DNA of 64,000 nt from positions 99,448,001-99,512,000 of the forward strand of contig OX597817.1 of assembly GCA_951406725.2 (NCBI GenBank), read 5' to 3'. Of the stretch, positions 26,638 to 39,789 are shown piece after piece. A program made the translations under genes and the position numbers. Under the pieces are notes generated by a model. It saw only the letters and a list, made by a program, of their open reading frames with translations. It ran no database searches and had not been told where the DNA came from. Position 1 is the first letter of the stretch; the number at the start of each line of letters is the position of its first letter. The stretch comes from Octopus vulgaris. Taxonomy: Eukaryota.

Positions 26638-26823
26638 CTGAAATAAGATTAAGATTAATGTAAAAAATAATTATCACTGAAGCGAAATAACACCAAATAT
26701 ATAGTGCGTGTGTTTTTATTGGCTAAACTGGCAATATGACCATTCCGAAATATAACAAAACATATATATATATATATACATATATATATACATACATATG
26801 TATATACATATATATATACATAC

Positions 26824-26881
<58 letters not shown>

Positions 26882-26884
<3 letters not shown>

Positions 26885-27263
26885 ATAAATATAAGAGAGT
26901 GGTCACTATATTGATCACTCTACAGTTAATCCAAAGGTTTCAACCACGAAAAATACATGTTTCCCATGAAAGCCAGTACGACTGTTAGCTCACACGGACA
27001 GGGCAAAAAAAAATAACAAAAATACAGATTATTTTGGGACAATTGTTTCGCTATTAATGAATTAAATGTAATATTACTTGTAAGTAATATTACATTTAAT
27101 TCATTAATACGAACAATTGTCCCAAAATAATCTGTATTTTTGTTATTTTTATTTGCCGTCCGTGTGGCTAAACTGCTTTCATGGGAAACATATTTTCGTG
27201 GTTGAAACCTTTGATAACTGTGCTAAGTGATCAATATAGTGACCACTCTCTTATATTTATTTT
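26882..27263. repeat. Near-perfect ~380-bp palindrome next to (TA)n
   Basis: Centre AATATTACTT-GT-AAGTAATATT at ~27080; arms are reverse-complementary with small indels. Confidence 0.9.
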
Positions 27264-27447
27264 GTGAAAATATTATAATATGTTATAAAATATTATAATA
27301 ATCCAGGTTTCTCGTAGCACTAGGCCACTTGGTGTGGAATAAATATACTATTAAATTAGTATCTAATTCTCTACCCTTATTAATTAATTATATATATATA
27401 TATATATAAATAAAACATGCATATATACATACATATATGTACTCACC

Positions 27448-27654
27448 TCGTCTGGCACCTGTGCCGGTGGCACGTAAAAAGCACCCACTACACTCATGGA
27501 GTGGTTGGCGTTAGGAAGGGCATCCAGCCGTAGAAACATTGCCAGATCAGACTGGGCCTGGTGCAGCCTTCTGGCTTCCCAGACCCCAGTTGAACCGTCC
27601 AACCCATGCCAGCATGGAAAGCGAACGCTAAACGATGATGATGATGATGATGAT
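27448..27654 (+). mobile_element. RTE 3'-end fragment / RTE-tailed SINE
   Basis: Matches 13530-13735 and ends in (GAT)n. Confidence 0.9.
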
Positions 27655-28122
27655 ATATGGGTACAGGACACCAAAAAAACGTCGAACACAATGAGAAACG
27701 AAAACGTAAACACAAAACCAAGGAAATGGACATTTTTTTTAAACAACGAAAAAATAGAGTACAGGACATACAAAACAAGGAAAATCATCTTCTTCAGTCG
27801 CCTTAATTTCATCTACTCCATGTTTCGAAGGTCAAGGCAATACATGAAATCAAATTAAATCAAATTAAATAAAATTTGAGATTTTTTTGTGGAGGGGTAA
27901 AAATGGTAACAAAAACAGGACAGTAACGACACACACATATATAGTTATAAAATCTCTGTAAGAGATGAACACAGTAACTGTACTGGCAAGTAGTATTTGT
28001 TGCCACTTCAACATGGCTGTTCTGTTTGAACAGACATTATTGCAGTTTTTTAATCCCAAGAAGACATTTCCTCTAGCTGGTTAATGATTTAACCTGTATC
28101 TGATATATTGCGAGCCACAGGA

Positions 28123-28172
28123 CCAGCAGACCAGCCTGGTTTCAGGCTATTTCTGCCCTTCCTCAGTGCTGG
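28123..28172 (-). ncRNA. Type I hammerhead ribozyme, canonical core, GUC site
   Basis: CCAGCA-CUGAGGA-A-GGGC-AGAAAUA-GCCU-GAAA-CCAG-G-CUGG-UC-UGCUGG. Confidence 0.85.
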
Positions 28173-28838
28173 ATACCTTATCTGCCAGAGATGGCAGTAG
28201 CTTACTTCTGTTCACAATACATATAAATTCAAGAGACATATAGTTGCTGATCTTGAAACAAAGAAGCTAGTTATAAAATCTCTATAAAAGATGAATGCTG
28301 TAACTGCATTGGTAAGTAACGTTTGTCACCACTTTAACATGGCTGTTCTGTTCAAACAGACGTAACTGCAATTTAAGTCAAGTGAAATCATTGTTGTGCC
28401 TGATGTCAGTACCGCCTGACTGGCACCCATACCAGTGGCATGTAAAAAGCTACATTTGAGCATGGTCAATACAATTTCACTGAATTAGCTCCTATGCCTG
28501 CCGGTGGCATGTAAAAAGCACCATTCAAGATGCCAGTGCCACCTGACTGCCCCCCATGCTGGTGGCATCTAAAAAGCACCCACTACACTTTCAGAGTGGT
28601 TGGCATTAGGAAAGGCATCTAGCAGTAGAAACCTTGCCAGATCAGACTGGTACCTGGTGCAGCCCCCTGGTTTGCCAGTCCTCAATCAAACCATCCTACC
28701 TATGCCAGCATGGAAAACAACATTAAATGATGATGATGATGATAAAAAGGGCATTTCCTCTAGCTGGTTAATGATGCAACCTGCATCCAATATATTGCAA
28801 GCAAGGGAGCAAGCCCCTACCACCTTCTAGCGATGGGA

Positions 28839-28887
28839 CCAGCAGACCAAATTGGTTTCAGGCTATTTCTGCTGGTCTCATTGCTAG
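28839..28887 (-). ncRNA. Second, core-degenerate hammerhead copy
   Basis: CUAGCA-AUGAGAC..-GCCU-GAAA-CCAA-U-UUGG-UC-UGCUGG. Confidence 0.65.
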
Positions 28888-29004
28888 AAGTAACATTTTA
28901 CAGACACTGCGCAGTTTTCTCTCCTCCCAGTCAGCAATTGTATTATTAACATCTTTTATTGTAAATAGCCAAAACAAAATATCATGTCCAGCAATAAATA
29001 TTGA

Positions 29005-29220
29005 TTTCAAATTTTGGCACTAGGCCAGCACTTTTGAGGGAGAGGATAAGTCAATTATATCAACCCCACCGTTATTCAACTGGCATTTATTTTATCGAAC
29101 CTGAGAGAATAAAAGGCAAAGTCAACTTCAGTAGAATTTGAACTTAGAACATGAAGATGGATGAAATGCCACTAAGCATTTCACTCAGCATGCTAACAAT
29201 TCTGCTAAATTTCTGCCTTA
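29005..29220 (-). mobile_element. Degenerate tRNA-derived SINE (second family; related pieces at 7075-7260 and 30360-30512)
   Basis: B-box-like GTTCAAATT on the minus strand; shared TTTATCGA(C)CC..AAAG core. Confidence 0.6.
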
Positions 29221-29774
29221 TATCTGGCAATAAATACTGAAGTTAAAAGGTTTTGAGTTTACTTCAGTTATTATTCACTCAGTCAACACATTCCACATCG
29301 CTACAGTACAACACCATCATTGCGACAATGGTGACACAGACGTTTAAAGTATACCATCTTGGATGCACTCCACACAAGCGACCAAGTTACTCCACAACAT
29401 TTGGTGATGTCCAACTTGAGAAAAGGCCAGTAAAATCTCAACATTTCGCAATGCTCAACACAAGAAAAGGCCAACAAATGCTGAAATAACATCAATGGGA
29501 AAAAAAGCCACACAATACAATTCTCACCATTGCAACCCCCACCTTTTTAAACTGCGATGTTAATATGCTGATAACATATTAGACATATTTTTTCTCTGTG
29601 TGGCATAACAATAAAATCCAGGATTCCAATACTGCAGAAAGTTTTGTCTTCCTCCAACTGCATGATTTCTGAACGAATTTTATCGAAAACCTTCCCACAT
29701 TTGCTGTTGTAACTGGTATTTAATTTTTGCATATCCTTTTTGTTTGAGTGATTCCAAATAATTTGTACTTAAAT

Positions 29775-30330
29775 ATGGTCACTTCACCTGTCCTGTTAGT
29801 TTCTTCAGAAAATAGTGATAGCCCAGCTATTCAGGCTGCTTTATCCTTCGCTTCACCTCCATTTACCAGAAATCTTCTAATTTAGTTTTCCCAACTCAAA
29901 GTCAATTTTGCAGCAAATAAAATTTCTTGGGATACGCACCAATTTCAGTATTATGTTTCCTGCCTTAAGATTTAAATACAACCCATTCTGACTCCACATT
30001 TTATCAAAGTATGAAAGCAGAAATTTAGCAATGGACTTCTATGTCCAAACGAAAGCATTTTTACAAACTTACTCACAAGGAAGTCTTAGGAGATAAGAAG
30101 CCTTCCCAACTGTTGAGATGGATGAAAGAATTAGTTGAGGGTCAATGTTGAGACTTTTATTTTCTTGCACCTATGTCAAAGGTTCAAGCCATTTTAATGC
30201 CTACAAGAGAACAGAGCTCTATTACTCAGTTAGCCGACTTGGCAGATGGTATTATGGATATTTCCTCTTCCAATGCTTCTAATACAAAAACGCATCCATC
30301 CTTGTCTCTTCCGTTTCCTCTGAAGTAGCA
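29775..30330 (+). pseudogene. Degenerate Gypsy/Ty3-type gag fragment
   Basis: Manual translation gives FSQLKVNFAANKI..QFQY and KLTHKEVLGDKKPSQLLRWMKELV..QLADLADGIM, which resembles the LGDxKPSQLL gag motif. Confidence 0.65.
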
Positions 30331-31679
30331 ATTTTTCACAAGACTACTGTTGACAAAATTTGGGCAAAATGCTTAGCAGTATGTTCAAAGTTTAGAGATT
30401 GATTTTGCTATTCATCCTTTCAGGGTCAATAAAATACATCCCAGTTGAACAGTGGGGTTGATGTAATCATTTTACCGCCCACCCCGCAAATTGCTAGCTG
30501 TGTGCCAAAATTTAAGCTATTACATTTGCAAGTACACCAGGAGATGACGTTCAGTAAAGTCATTTTCGGTGCAAAAGTTTCAGCTGCTTCATCTCAAGAT
30601 TCCCCCACCCACTAAATTTGGATCTATTACTCACTCTGATTATCCAATGAATTTTTATCATCACAAGAGGAAAAGAAGTATACTTCCACTCAGCTCCATT
30701 CACTAGTTTTAGCTTCATTCATTATGAACAAATCTACAAACGTTCATGCTTTTTTGTTTTTTTACTTTTTTTTCTGTGCTAAGTATAAATATCCAATACC
30801 AGAGCATGTTAGATGTGCAGTGGCCTCATTTTCAGGTGACATTTTAGTATGTTATTACCTTGTTACGTGTGTTTAAGTGACAAATCATGAAACAGTGAAT
30901 TGGCAACCAGTTTGATATGAAGCAAAACTCAAAAACTTTTCTCTTTCTCTCTCGCTTTAATTTTTCTCTTTTCGGTCGTTTGGTTTTACCAGTGTTTTTC
31001 TTGTGGAGATAATCACATAAATACAGCCATAAATAACAGTACTATCTACAATGTAGGATGTTGGGCAACTCAGTGGTGATACAGCAGTACCCCCACTTGT
31101 TATTTGAGCCTGCTTTAGAACAGAAACTTTAATCATATCAGTTTTTAAAAAAAATCTCTAAACATATTTTCATAGTCTTACCCAGCAACAAATATTTCCT
31201 TTCTCTTGGGTAGATAATATATTCAATTTTGATTTATTGTACATGTGTTTGTATGTACCTTTTTCTTAGTTTCCACTCCCCATGGGGAATCAAGCGATAA
31301 GAAATCTCCACAGCACAGTTGTAAACCATGTCATGAGCCAGGTATATCTGCCAGATCTTCCATTACAGCACTCAGCCAGGTTTTGATAGATCTGCATTGC
31401 CTACTATGCACCCTCTCCAGTTTCCATTTGAGAGATGCTTTCACTGATTTCTTCATGGACATGCATAGCATGTCAGGGTTGCTAATTCAAAATTTCCAAA
31501 AGTATTATTTAGATAAGGCACTAAAAAGCATTTGATAAAAGTGGAAAATACCCAAAATAGCATATAAGCAAAATACCCAAAATAGCATCTAAGCAAAAAA
31601 ATCACAAAAATAAATCAAAAGATTTATATAAAAAATTTCAATTCTAATTGAACTAAAATGAAATTAACATCTATCCATC

Positions 31680-32310
31680 TTTTCTGCTCATTATTCCTGG
31701 TGGGGTTGTGGGAACAGGGTCCTCAGGTTTCTTCTTTGTAGGGCCCTATCAGAAGCAACCGTCATTAGAGTTTCTAGTAGGAATCCCAAATGTAACCAAA
31801 TTAAGACTATGGATATAATCCAACCATCTCATTCTTGGTCTATTCTTAAGTCTCCTGATGGTTGACTCTGCTTGGAGAATCCAACTTGCAATTCCTTCTC
31901 ACAATATTCCAAACACGTCTATAATGCTAGAGCTGTGGCCTCTCAATGCGGAAAAGTAGCTGTTTGAACTGAAGAGAAATACTGTGGAGTGGTTTGCAGG
32001 AGTTTTGGATTAGTGGGCAACTTCTGCTATGAAGGCCCTGATGTTTGTGTTCAGGTAAATGGTGCTAAGTTGAAGCCTCTCAATGTGGATGTTGGACTTT
32101 CACAGGGTGTATATTGTCACCTTTTCATAATTGTTATGAACTGGATTGACATGCATGGCAGCTTTAGAAGTGGTATCATATTCAGTGTGTGTAGTATCAG
32201 TCAGCTGTTATTGGCAGATATAGTGCTACATGGCTCATCTGAGGGAGATCTCCAGGATGCACTGAATAGGTTTGCTGCTAAATGCTGCAAGGCAGGGATG
32301 AGAAACTAAT
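31680..32310. pseudogene. Second RTE-like LINE family relic with internal inversion
   Basis: Plus strand 31989-32309: GLSQG..LFIIVMNWID..LQDALNRF. Minus strand 31680-31975 encodes a C-terminal RPRMRWLD-like tail. Confidence 0.6.
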
Positions 32311-32659
32311 ATAATTAGCTGCAGTTTCATATGAATTATAAGTATCCATGAATCCAAATTTTTATCAGTTTTCTAGGTAGTTTATAATACTAACATTTAC
32401 CACTTTAAGTCCATATTTGATGTTCAAAATTTCTCTCAGTGTTCATTTCCTTAGATGATTATTCTCATTTGATTTCATAAAAATCGTGTGGCTAAATACT
32501 TTCTTCACATCAGCATATGCATGTGGTATAATGTGATGTGTTAAAACTGAGTTCAAATGGACTTTACCCAGTTGAATCCCTATATGATGATACTTCCATC
32601 CAAAAAGAAACTGTCTGAAACCTGTGTCTATCATACATTACAAAATGTTTTCAATTAAA

Positions 32660-33276
32660 TGCTATGCTGTGTGTGAGAAGACCTGGCAAGACAAGTGAGA
32701 CCATAACCCGTGGCCTTTACCAAGGGTGTAGCCAGCCCACTTATGCGTACCTTTCCTTCTTTTGACACAAAACTCTGCTTGTGAAGACCTGTTGAGGCAA
32801 GTGAAATCGAAATTGAACCAAATTCGACGACTGGCACCCATGCCAATGGAGTGCTAACAGCTTCATCCAAGCGGGATCACTGCCAGAGCAGCCATCTGGC
32901 TTCCGTGTCAGTGGCATGTAAAAACCACCATTTGAACGTGATCATTACCAGCGTCACCTTACTGGCACGTGAACAAAGCATTTGAGCAAGGTTGTTGTCA
33001 GTGCTGCTGGACTGACTCCTGTGCAGGTGGCACATAAAAATATACCATTTGAGAGTGGCTGTTGCCAGTACTTCCAGACTGGCCCTCATACCAGTGGCAC
33101 ATAAAAGCACCCACTACACTCTCAGAGTGGTTGGTGTTAGGAAGGGTATCCAGCTGTAGAAACTCTGCCACGTCAGATTGGAGCCTGGTGCAGCCATCTG
33201 GTTTGCCAGTCCTCAGTTAAATCATCCAACTCATGCTAGCATGGAAAGCAGACGTTAAATGATGATGATGAAGATG
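32660..33276 (+). mobile_element. RTE 3'UTR fragment
   Basis: Homologous to 13005-13735; (GAT)n tail. Confidence 0.9.
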
Positions 33277-34556
33277 AAACATTGAAAATTAAAAATTAGA
33301 GGTGAAATAATATTTTGAAATATTATAAGTAATAAATAGCAAGAATATTGTATACCCTACTGCCTTACATTAATTTCATATTGATTGTGATAGTTATACT
33401 TTATAGTTATACTTTATTGTTTACTCCAATAAATTGTTTACTTATTGAAATTCATTTGACAGTATTTGACAAGTTTGAGGATTGTGATGAATTCTAGTAT
33501 ATGTTTTGGCATGGTTTCTAAAGCTGGATGCCCTTCCTAATGCTTACCACTATACAGAGTATACCAGGTGCTTTTTATGTGGTACCAGTACCAAAGAGGT
33601 CACCAATTAACTTGCAAGACAAGACCCTGCCTTCAACTGAGTGAGGTGGAGTAGTAATGAGGGAGGCAACTTAATGCTAGGTGATGAGAGGGAAACTGGA
33701 ATGGGTGTCTTACTGTATTGAAAATATATGGTTATCAAAGTTGGAAAAAGGAGAAGATGGTGAGGAAGATGTGTCAGAGTGTACTCTCAAGTTCAAGAAA
33801 GAATATAAGAGAAGTGGTACAAAAGATTGGGTAGGGTGAGTGGGTAGGTAAGTTCACGAGAATGTGAAAGGAGAGTGGCAGTTGGGGTTAGAGGGAAATA
33901 CAGTGAGTGATGAACATAGGTGCAGGCACTGTCAATTGTGAATATCAGTGTGAACAAAAGGTTGAGGAAGTAGGAGTGGGTCAGGGATAAGTGAAAGTGT
34001 AGATAATGTGAAATGTGTAGGAGTGGAGTTGTGTCAGGAATGAAATCAGAGGTATATAGGCATGAAAGTAATGGGAGCAGACAGATATAATGAGGATGTG
34101 TACAGAGCTAAAGGGAAGGTGAAAAGGAAAATAAAGTGCTAAGGGATGATACCAAGAATGCATGAGATAAAAAAAGTAGTTTCAGGGAGGGTGAGAGATG
34201 TCAGCCTGTCCTAATTGCAATTGCTCAAAAAATTGCAATAGCTCAGTGAATAGTGCCATAGTCAGAAGAGTGATGGAGGGATAGGTGTTAGAAAGATGAG
34301 TTTTGGAAGAGGTGGATGTTAGAATAATGAATTATGGGAGAAAGAGATTTGTCAGGGACAGATTGGGTGCAAGAGTATTGGCATAAATGATGTGTTATTA
34401 GGGCTCCATTTTTGCTTTGATGGACGGGTTTTCTCGAGCATAGCAAATAAACAAACCTCTTCGTCCTTTTATCTCCTTCCTTGCATTTCCACTTCATGCA
34501 CTATGCTTACCTCCCACTCACCAATCGGATATTTTCATTATCGTAGCCAGGACCGC

Positions 34557-34880
34557 AGATCTTTCTAGTTAACTAAATAATTTGAAACTTCGTGTACTGG
34601 TAGAGTGTCTCAAAACAATACACAAGATGGAACTAGTTTATTTGAGAAAAATCTATTTTATGACTTTAATCGTAGATTAAAACTGCGAATTTTAGCCAAT
34701 CGTATTGTCTGTATTTATGTGAAATTATTATCTGCATAGTGTTAACTGTGACGTAGAAAGCAATTTTGTCAAAATGTAAACATTGGCTCTGGCTCATCGT
34801 AATCGTACACAGTTTTTCAGTTCCCTAGAATTATATTTGAAACAAAATAAAAAGAAAAAGATTCATACACATAAATATCC
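34557..34880 (-). mobile_element. Terminal fragment of the GGATCTTT (Merlin-like) family
   Basis: Reverse complement of parts of 43370-43745; shares TTTGAAACTTCGT..ACT.GTAGA.TGT with the 6510 TIR. Confidence 0.7.
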
Positions 34881-36779
34881 ATCCTTAGACATCAGAAAGA
34901 TTAGAAATGCAACAAAAATTTAAAATACCGGATCTTTACCTTTCAAACTTCATGGAGTATATACAAAATTTGTGTAGATCCTGAGTATATATAAAATGAG
35001 TGTTTAAATTATTTTCCATTGTTTGCATTGGTTATGCTTATATTTATTTTTATACACACACACATGTATACAAACATATGCATATATATATATATACACC
35101 TATACAACCATATTCTAATGCATATGAATATATGTGTATATATTTATAATGTGTGTGTATTATAGATGCATGAATTATATATTTATTTATAAAAGATGTT
35201 TACATACAATATATATATATGTTATATACATCTACATGTATATGTATGTATGAATATATAAGTACCACAGAATTTGAATCAAACTGTTTTGATCCATACA
35301 TACATACATACACACACACATACATACACACACATACTAAAATTACATCGTTGGAGCAGTAATTTATTTATGTATTTTTTGTTATACAATTTATTTTTAA
35401 GCTGAATCCCTATCCTGCCATTAACCCCTTTCTTATAAAATAGTTGAAGAATCTGGGGTGTAGGAATTGGGACAGTATTGGAACTTTTAACTTCTTGCTC
35501 TCTATCTTATGATCTCCAAAATTTAAGAATCTTGTGTTAACTGGGCTCTTATTATTTACTCTGACTCTGCCACCACCTCAATGCAAAGACTATCAATATC
35601 AGAATCATCTTCACAACCACCACTACAACCATTACTACAACCTCCAATGCCACCACCACAACCATCTTCTGCAACCACAACCCCAAGACCAGGGGTGGGT
35701 CAATATAGTTGACATTATTTCCTCCTATAAAATTTTTGGCTATGTACCTTTGTTAAAAATTCTTATTTGTATTAATATAAAGTGCGAGCAAGAGAACATC
35801 TGCAGGCTTTCCTAAACTGTTAATGTGAATGTAAATGATGTCTTTTTTCAATTAATGTCTGATGAGAATGTAATTCCATGTAGAAGCTGCCATTCTGGAG
35901 ATAAATGATTGGCTAAAATATTTAGTAAAAGGATTCTAGCTGTGAGACATGTTAAAGATGATGATGTGGGCTCAGTTTGATATAGTTTACAGCTTACTAA
36001 TTCACAGGAATAGTAGTGGGTGTTAGGATTTTTTTTCCCATGTTTTATTTGAACAATTTGGCTGTATCCTTGCCTTTTGCATTCCTTCTCAGACAAGAGC
36101 TGTGCCTTCAAAACTGGTAAGATTGACGTAGTTGATCTTGAATAAAATTTGTGGATGGCTGCAGAGGAAATAACATTGATAAGGGAATTTCAGAAGGATG
36201 ACAATCTGGTAAGAAAGAATTTAATGCTTAGTTTGCAGGTGAATTACATGCTACGTGATCTTCGAGCCTTTTGCCGCCAGATGCTGTAACATGGTTTGTA
36301 TCCAATATAGTAGTACCACCACTATTGCAATTATGGCCTGAAATATGTGGTACCAGTGTGATAAAATAAGATAATGCAGCAGCAATAACAACATAACTAT
36401 CTCTCAAGAATAAACAAATATTCCAAATGAACAAACCAACCCACACTCTCGAACTTCACTATGAAACAACACAAACTATATACACCCTTTCGGTTCAGTC
36501 CATTCCTCACAAGAGGGTACCTTGGCTCTCATCACAACACTGAGAGTGTAAGAGGTTGCTAACTTTGTTCTGCCAACAAATTTCCATTTATTTATTCTTA
36601 AGCTTCTCTTACTGCTGGAAACCACCTCTGCCTGGTACTGGCATTTATGTGAACAATGTAGACAATTGACAAGTATCAAATGCCACAATACATAAATTCC
36701 TTATTTATTAAAATTATCTTCAATTGTAGAAGTATCATAATTACTAAATGCTAATCGATTAGCATATTCAGGGCCATTT

Positions 36780-39030
36780 AGTAACCTACCAATCTGGTAG
36801 ACACACTAGTCAAATTGACTACATCCTCACTAGGAAACAGGAAAGACAACTACTTGTAAATGCCCAAACCTTCCCAGGTGAAGAATGTACCCCACAACAT
36901 AGATTAGTAGTTAGCGACTTCAGGATCAGGGCTAAATGGATGCCCAGAAGACGACCAGAATGGAGGAGAAGGGTCTGGAAGCTTAAGGATCCTGCAAAAA
37001 GAGATTCAGAGACATATTACTCAAAGCTGTGGAAGACAACTGGAGGTTTCTACAGGACAACCTTTTGAGGGCTAGTGACCAGATCTGTGGATGGTGCAAA
37101 GTCTCCTCTCAACCCAAGGTAATGTGGTGGTGGAACAATGTTGTTGACAGGGCTAGTAAGGGAAAGAAACAGGCTTTGAAGGACTGGAAGACCGGTGATA
37201 GCAGGGAATTGTATCAGACTGCCAAAAGGGAAGCTAGGAGATAGGTTTATTTGGCCAGAGGGGAAGCAGATAAGGAAAAATTTGCCAATGTTCTGCGCTG
37301 TGATGACCAAAGACTTGAAGTATTTTCCTGTTGCCAGACAGTGTGTGAGAGAGAATCGCGATGTCCTAGGAGAGAAATGTGTCCTCATGGGTGATGGTTC
37401 ACTTGCTTTAAACGAAGCTGCAAAGAGACAGGTTTGGAGACGCCATTATGAAAGTTTGCTAAATAAAGTGAATGAATGTGTGAAAGAGAGTCTGCCGAAT
37501 GCCGGCCCAACAGAGGGACCAGCTATCTAACTAAATTGACAGTGCCTTGGTAGGTAAAGCAATTAAGAGTATGAAGACAGGGAAAGCCCCTGGGCAATCA
37601 GGAATCACCACAGAGATGCTCAAACTATCTAGCGGTGTCGGCTATAGCATAGTCAACTAGGTGATACATGAAGGAGTCATACCCAATGACTGGTGTAGCA
37701 GCACCATAGTCAACTGCTAACAAAGGTAAAGGTGACGCATTAGATACAAATAATTACAGAGGTATCAAGTTGTTGGATCAGGTAATGAAGGTCACGGAGA
37801 GGGTCATAGCCCAAGTAATTAGGAAGAGAGGCAGTCCAGATGAGTGCAGTTTCGGTTCGTGCCAGGGGAAAGCACCACTGATGCTATATTTCTGATAAGA
37901 CAGATGCAGGAGAAATAGCTAGTCCAAGATAAAACTCTATACCTGGCTTTCATTGACAGGGTTCCCCCGATCCCCTATCTGGTGGTCAATGAGGAGACTA
38001 GGGATGGATGAATGTTTATTGAGAGCTGTACAAGCCATGTACAGTAAGGTGACGGTTGGCAACGAGTACAGTGAAGAATATCGGGTAGGGGTAAGGGTCA
38101 ACCTAAGATCAGTCCTCAGCCCCCTCTTATTCATTATAGTCCTCCAGGCAATAACAGAGGAATTCAAGACAGGCTGCTCCTCTATGCTGATGACCTTGCA
38201 CTAATAGCAGAGTCACTGCCGGAACTGGAGCCAAAGGTTAGGGCGTGGAAGCAAAGTCTAGAATTGAATGGCCTTAGGGCTAACCTAGCCAAAACCAAAG
38301 TTTTAGTTAGTGTGCAGGCTGTCAAATCACAAACTCCTCTGTAGAAAAGGCATTGGTAGAAATTCCATACGATGCACCCGATGTAAGCTATGGACACATA
38401 AAAGGTGCAGCAATATCAAAGGAAGGTTAACTGGGAAAATTATTTCTTGTGTGTGGCAGATGCAGTGGGGCAATAAACACTGAAGGTGTTCAGAAAACAG
38501 CTTCCATTACATGCCTGGGGAAGAAACTAGAAGTAATAAATACTTTCTACTACCTAGGCGACCAAGTATGTAGTGGGAGTGATTGCTCTGCGAGTGTAGC
38601 AACTAGAGTAATAATAGCCTGAGCAAATTCAGGGAGCTCCTACCTCTGCTGGCAGCTAATGGCCTCTCACTCAGGGGGAAAGGTGGACTGTATAATGCAT
38701 GTGTGTGAACTGCCATGCTATACGGTAGTGAAACATGGGCCATCAATACCGAGGACATGCGTAAGCTTGCAGTATGCTTGAGTCAAGTAAAACCAATACC
38801 GTAGCTGGGGGCCGGTGACCCGCTAGCTGGCTCCTGTGCTGATGAGACATAAAGAACACCCACTACACTCTCAGAATAGTTGGCGTTAGGAAGGGCATTG
38901 AGATGTAGAAATTATGCTAGACTAGATTGGAGCCTGTTGCAGCAGCTGGCTCTCCAAGACTTCAGTCAAACTGTCCAACCCATGCCATCATGGAGAACGG
39001 ACGTTAATCGATGATGATGATGATGACAAC
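36780..39030 (+). pseudogene. Degenerate RTE LINE copy (APE end, RT, 3'UTR with internal deletions)
   Basis: Colinear with 10600-13735; many stops and frameshifts. Confidence 0.92.
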
Positions 39031-39789
39031 GACAACAACAACGATAATTATATTAGTAATAAAGTTGGGTGCAGACAAGGGATTTGTAGTAGAGAGCAAT
39101 AGCATTTGGAGCGAGCAAAGAGTTGGCGGCCAGCGACGCGATCGATCGAAAAGCTGTCATCTCGGCGGTGATATCACCCGTGAGTGTGTGTCCGGTAGCG
39201 TACGTAACACATGGACGCATCGTGTTTATGGACGCATCGCGTTTATGCACGCGGCTAAGGCAGCTATTACTCTCTAATAATCGCTTGCTTTTTATTTACT
39301 TAATGCATTCTTCACTTCGGCATACTGGGAAGAGATCGCATCGCATTCATGCACGCATTAGCTGTCTATCACCGCCTTAGCTATCATAAACAAACACAAG
39401 TTCATGTATGATATTAATCTTTCTTCTACTTCAATTATTACATGGTTTTCTCTTATAAAAATACACACATACAGGAGAAGTAAATTATACATATAATACT
39501 TTAAATGTGGCTCTCGATAAACAGCCAAAGTAATTACCTGATCAACAATGGGTTTTACTGCTAGTATATATGTATACTAGCAGTATACAGGTGACCAAAT
39601 CTGATTTTCTACCTTGCAGTTAAACAGATTCACTGTTTTAAAAATATCACTCAAGTATATTTTTTTTAAACTCAGAAAGTCTTTCCAAAATTTTCTTAGC
39701 TGTATCAGTTTGTCTTGAAGTTGTAATGAGTCATCTGACTCTTGAACATGAAAAAGTGGATTAATGGCTCCTACAAATTCACTAGTCTT

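Larger units (their letters stand above)
23065..26760 (-). mobile_element. Penelope-like element with uninterrupted RT + GIY-YIG ORF and inverted pseudo-LTRs
   Basis: pLTR 23065-23470 and its inverted copy 26386-26760; TA-rich repeats at both ends. Confidence 0.92.
27942..28890 (-). repeat. Tandem of two ~326-bp hammerhead-containing units (retrozyme/pLTR-like); the second is interrupted by an RTE 3' fragment at ~28376-28743
   Basis: TAGTTATAAAATCTCT starts at 27942 and 28268; homology resumes at ~28745. Confidence 0.75.

Noticed and set aside
27785-27835. Possible permuted hammerhead (minus strand GAAAC...CUGAAGA)
   Set aside because: I could not form convincing stems I and III.
29547-29732. 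61-aa ORF as a host exon
   Set aside because: No recognisable domain; it lies antisense and just upstream of the Gypsy gag relic.
35820-36720. Possible CR1/L2-like RT relic (also 15000-15400) or host exon
   Set aside because: Too degenerate to support by eye; no clear motifs or splice structure.
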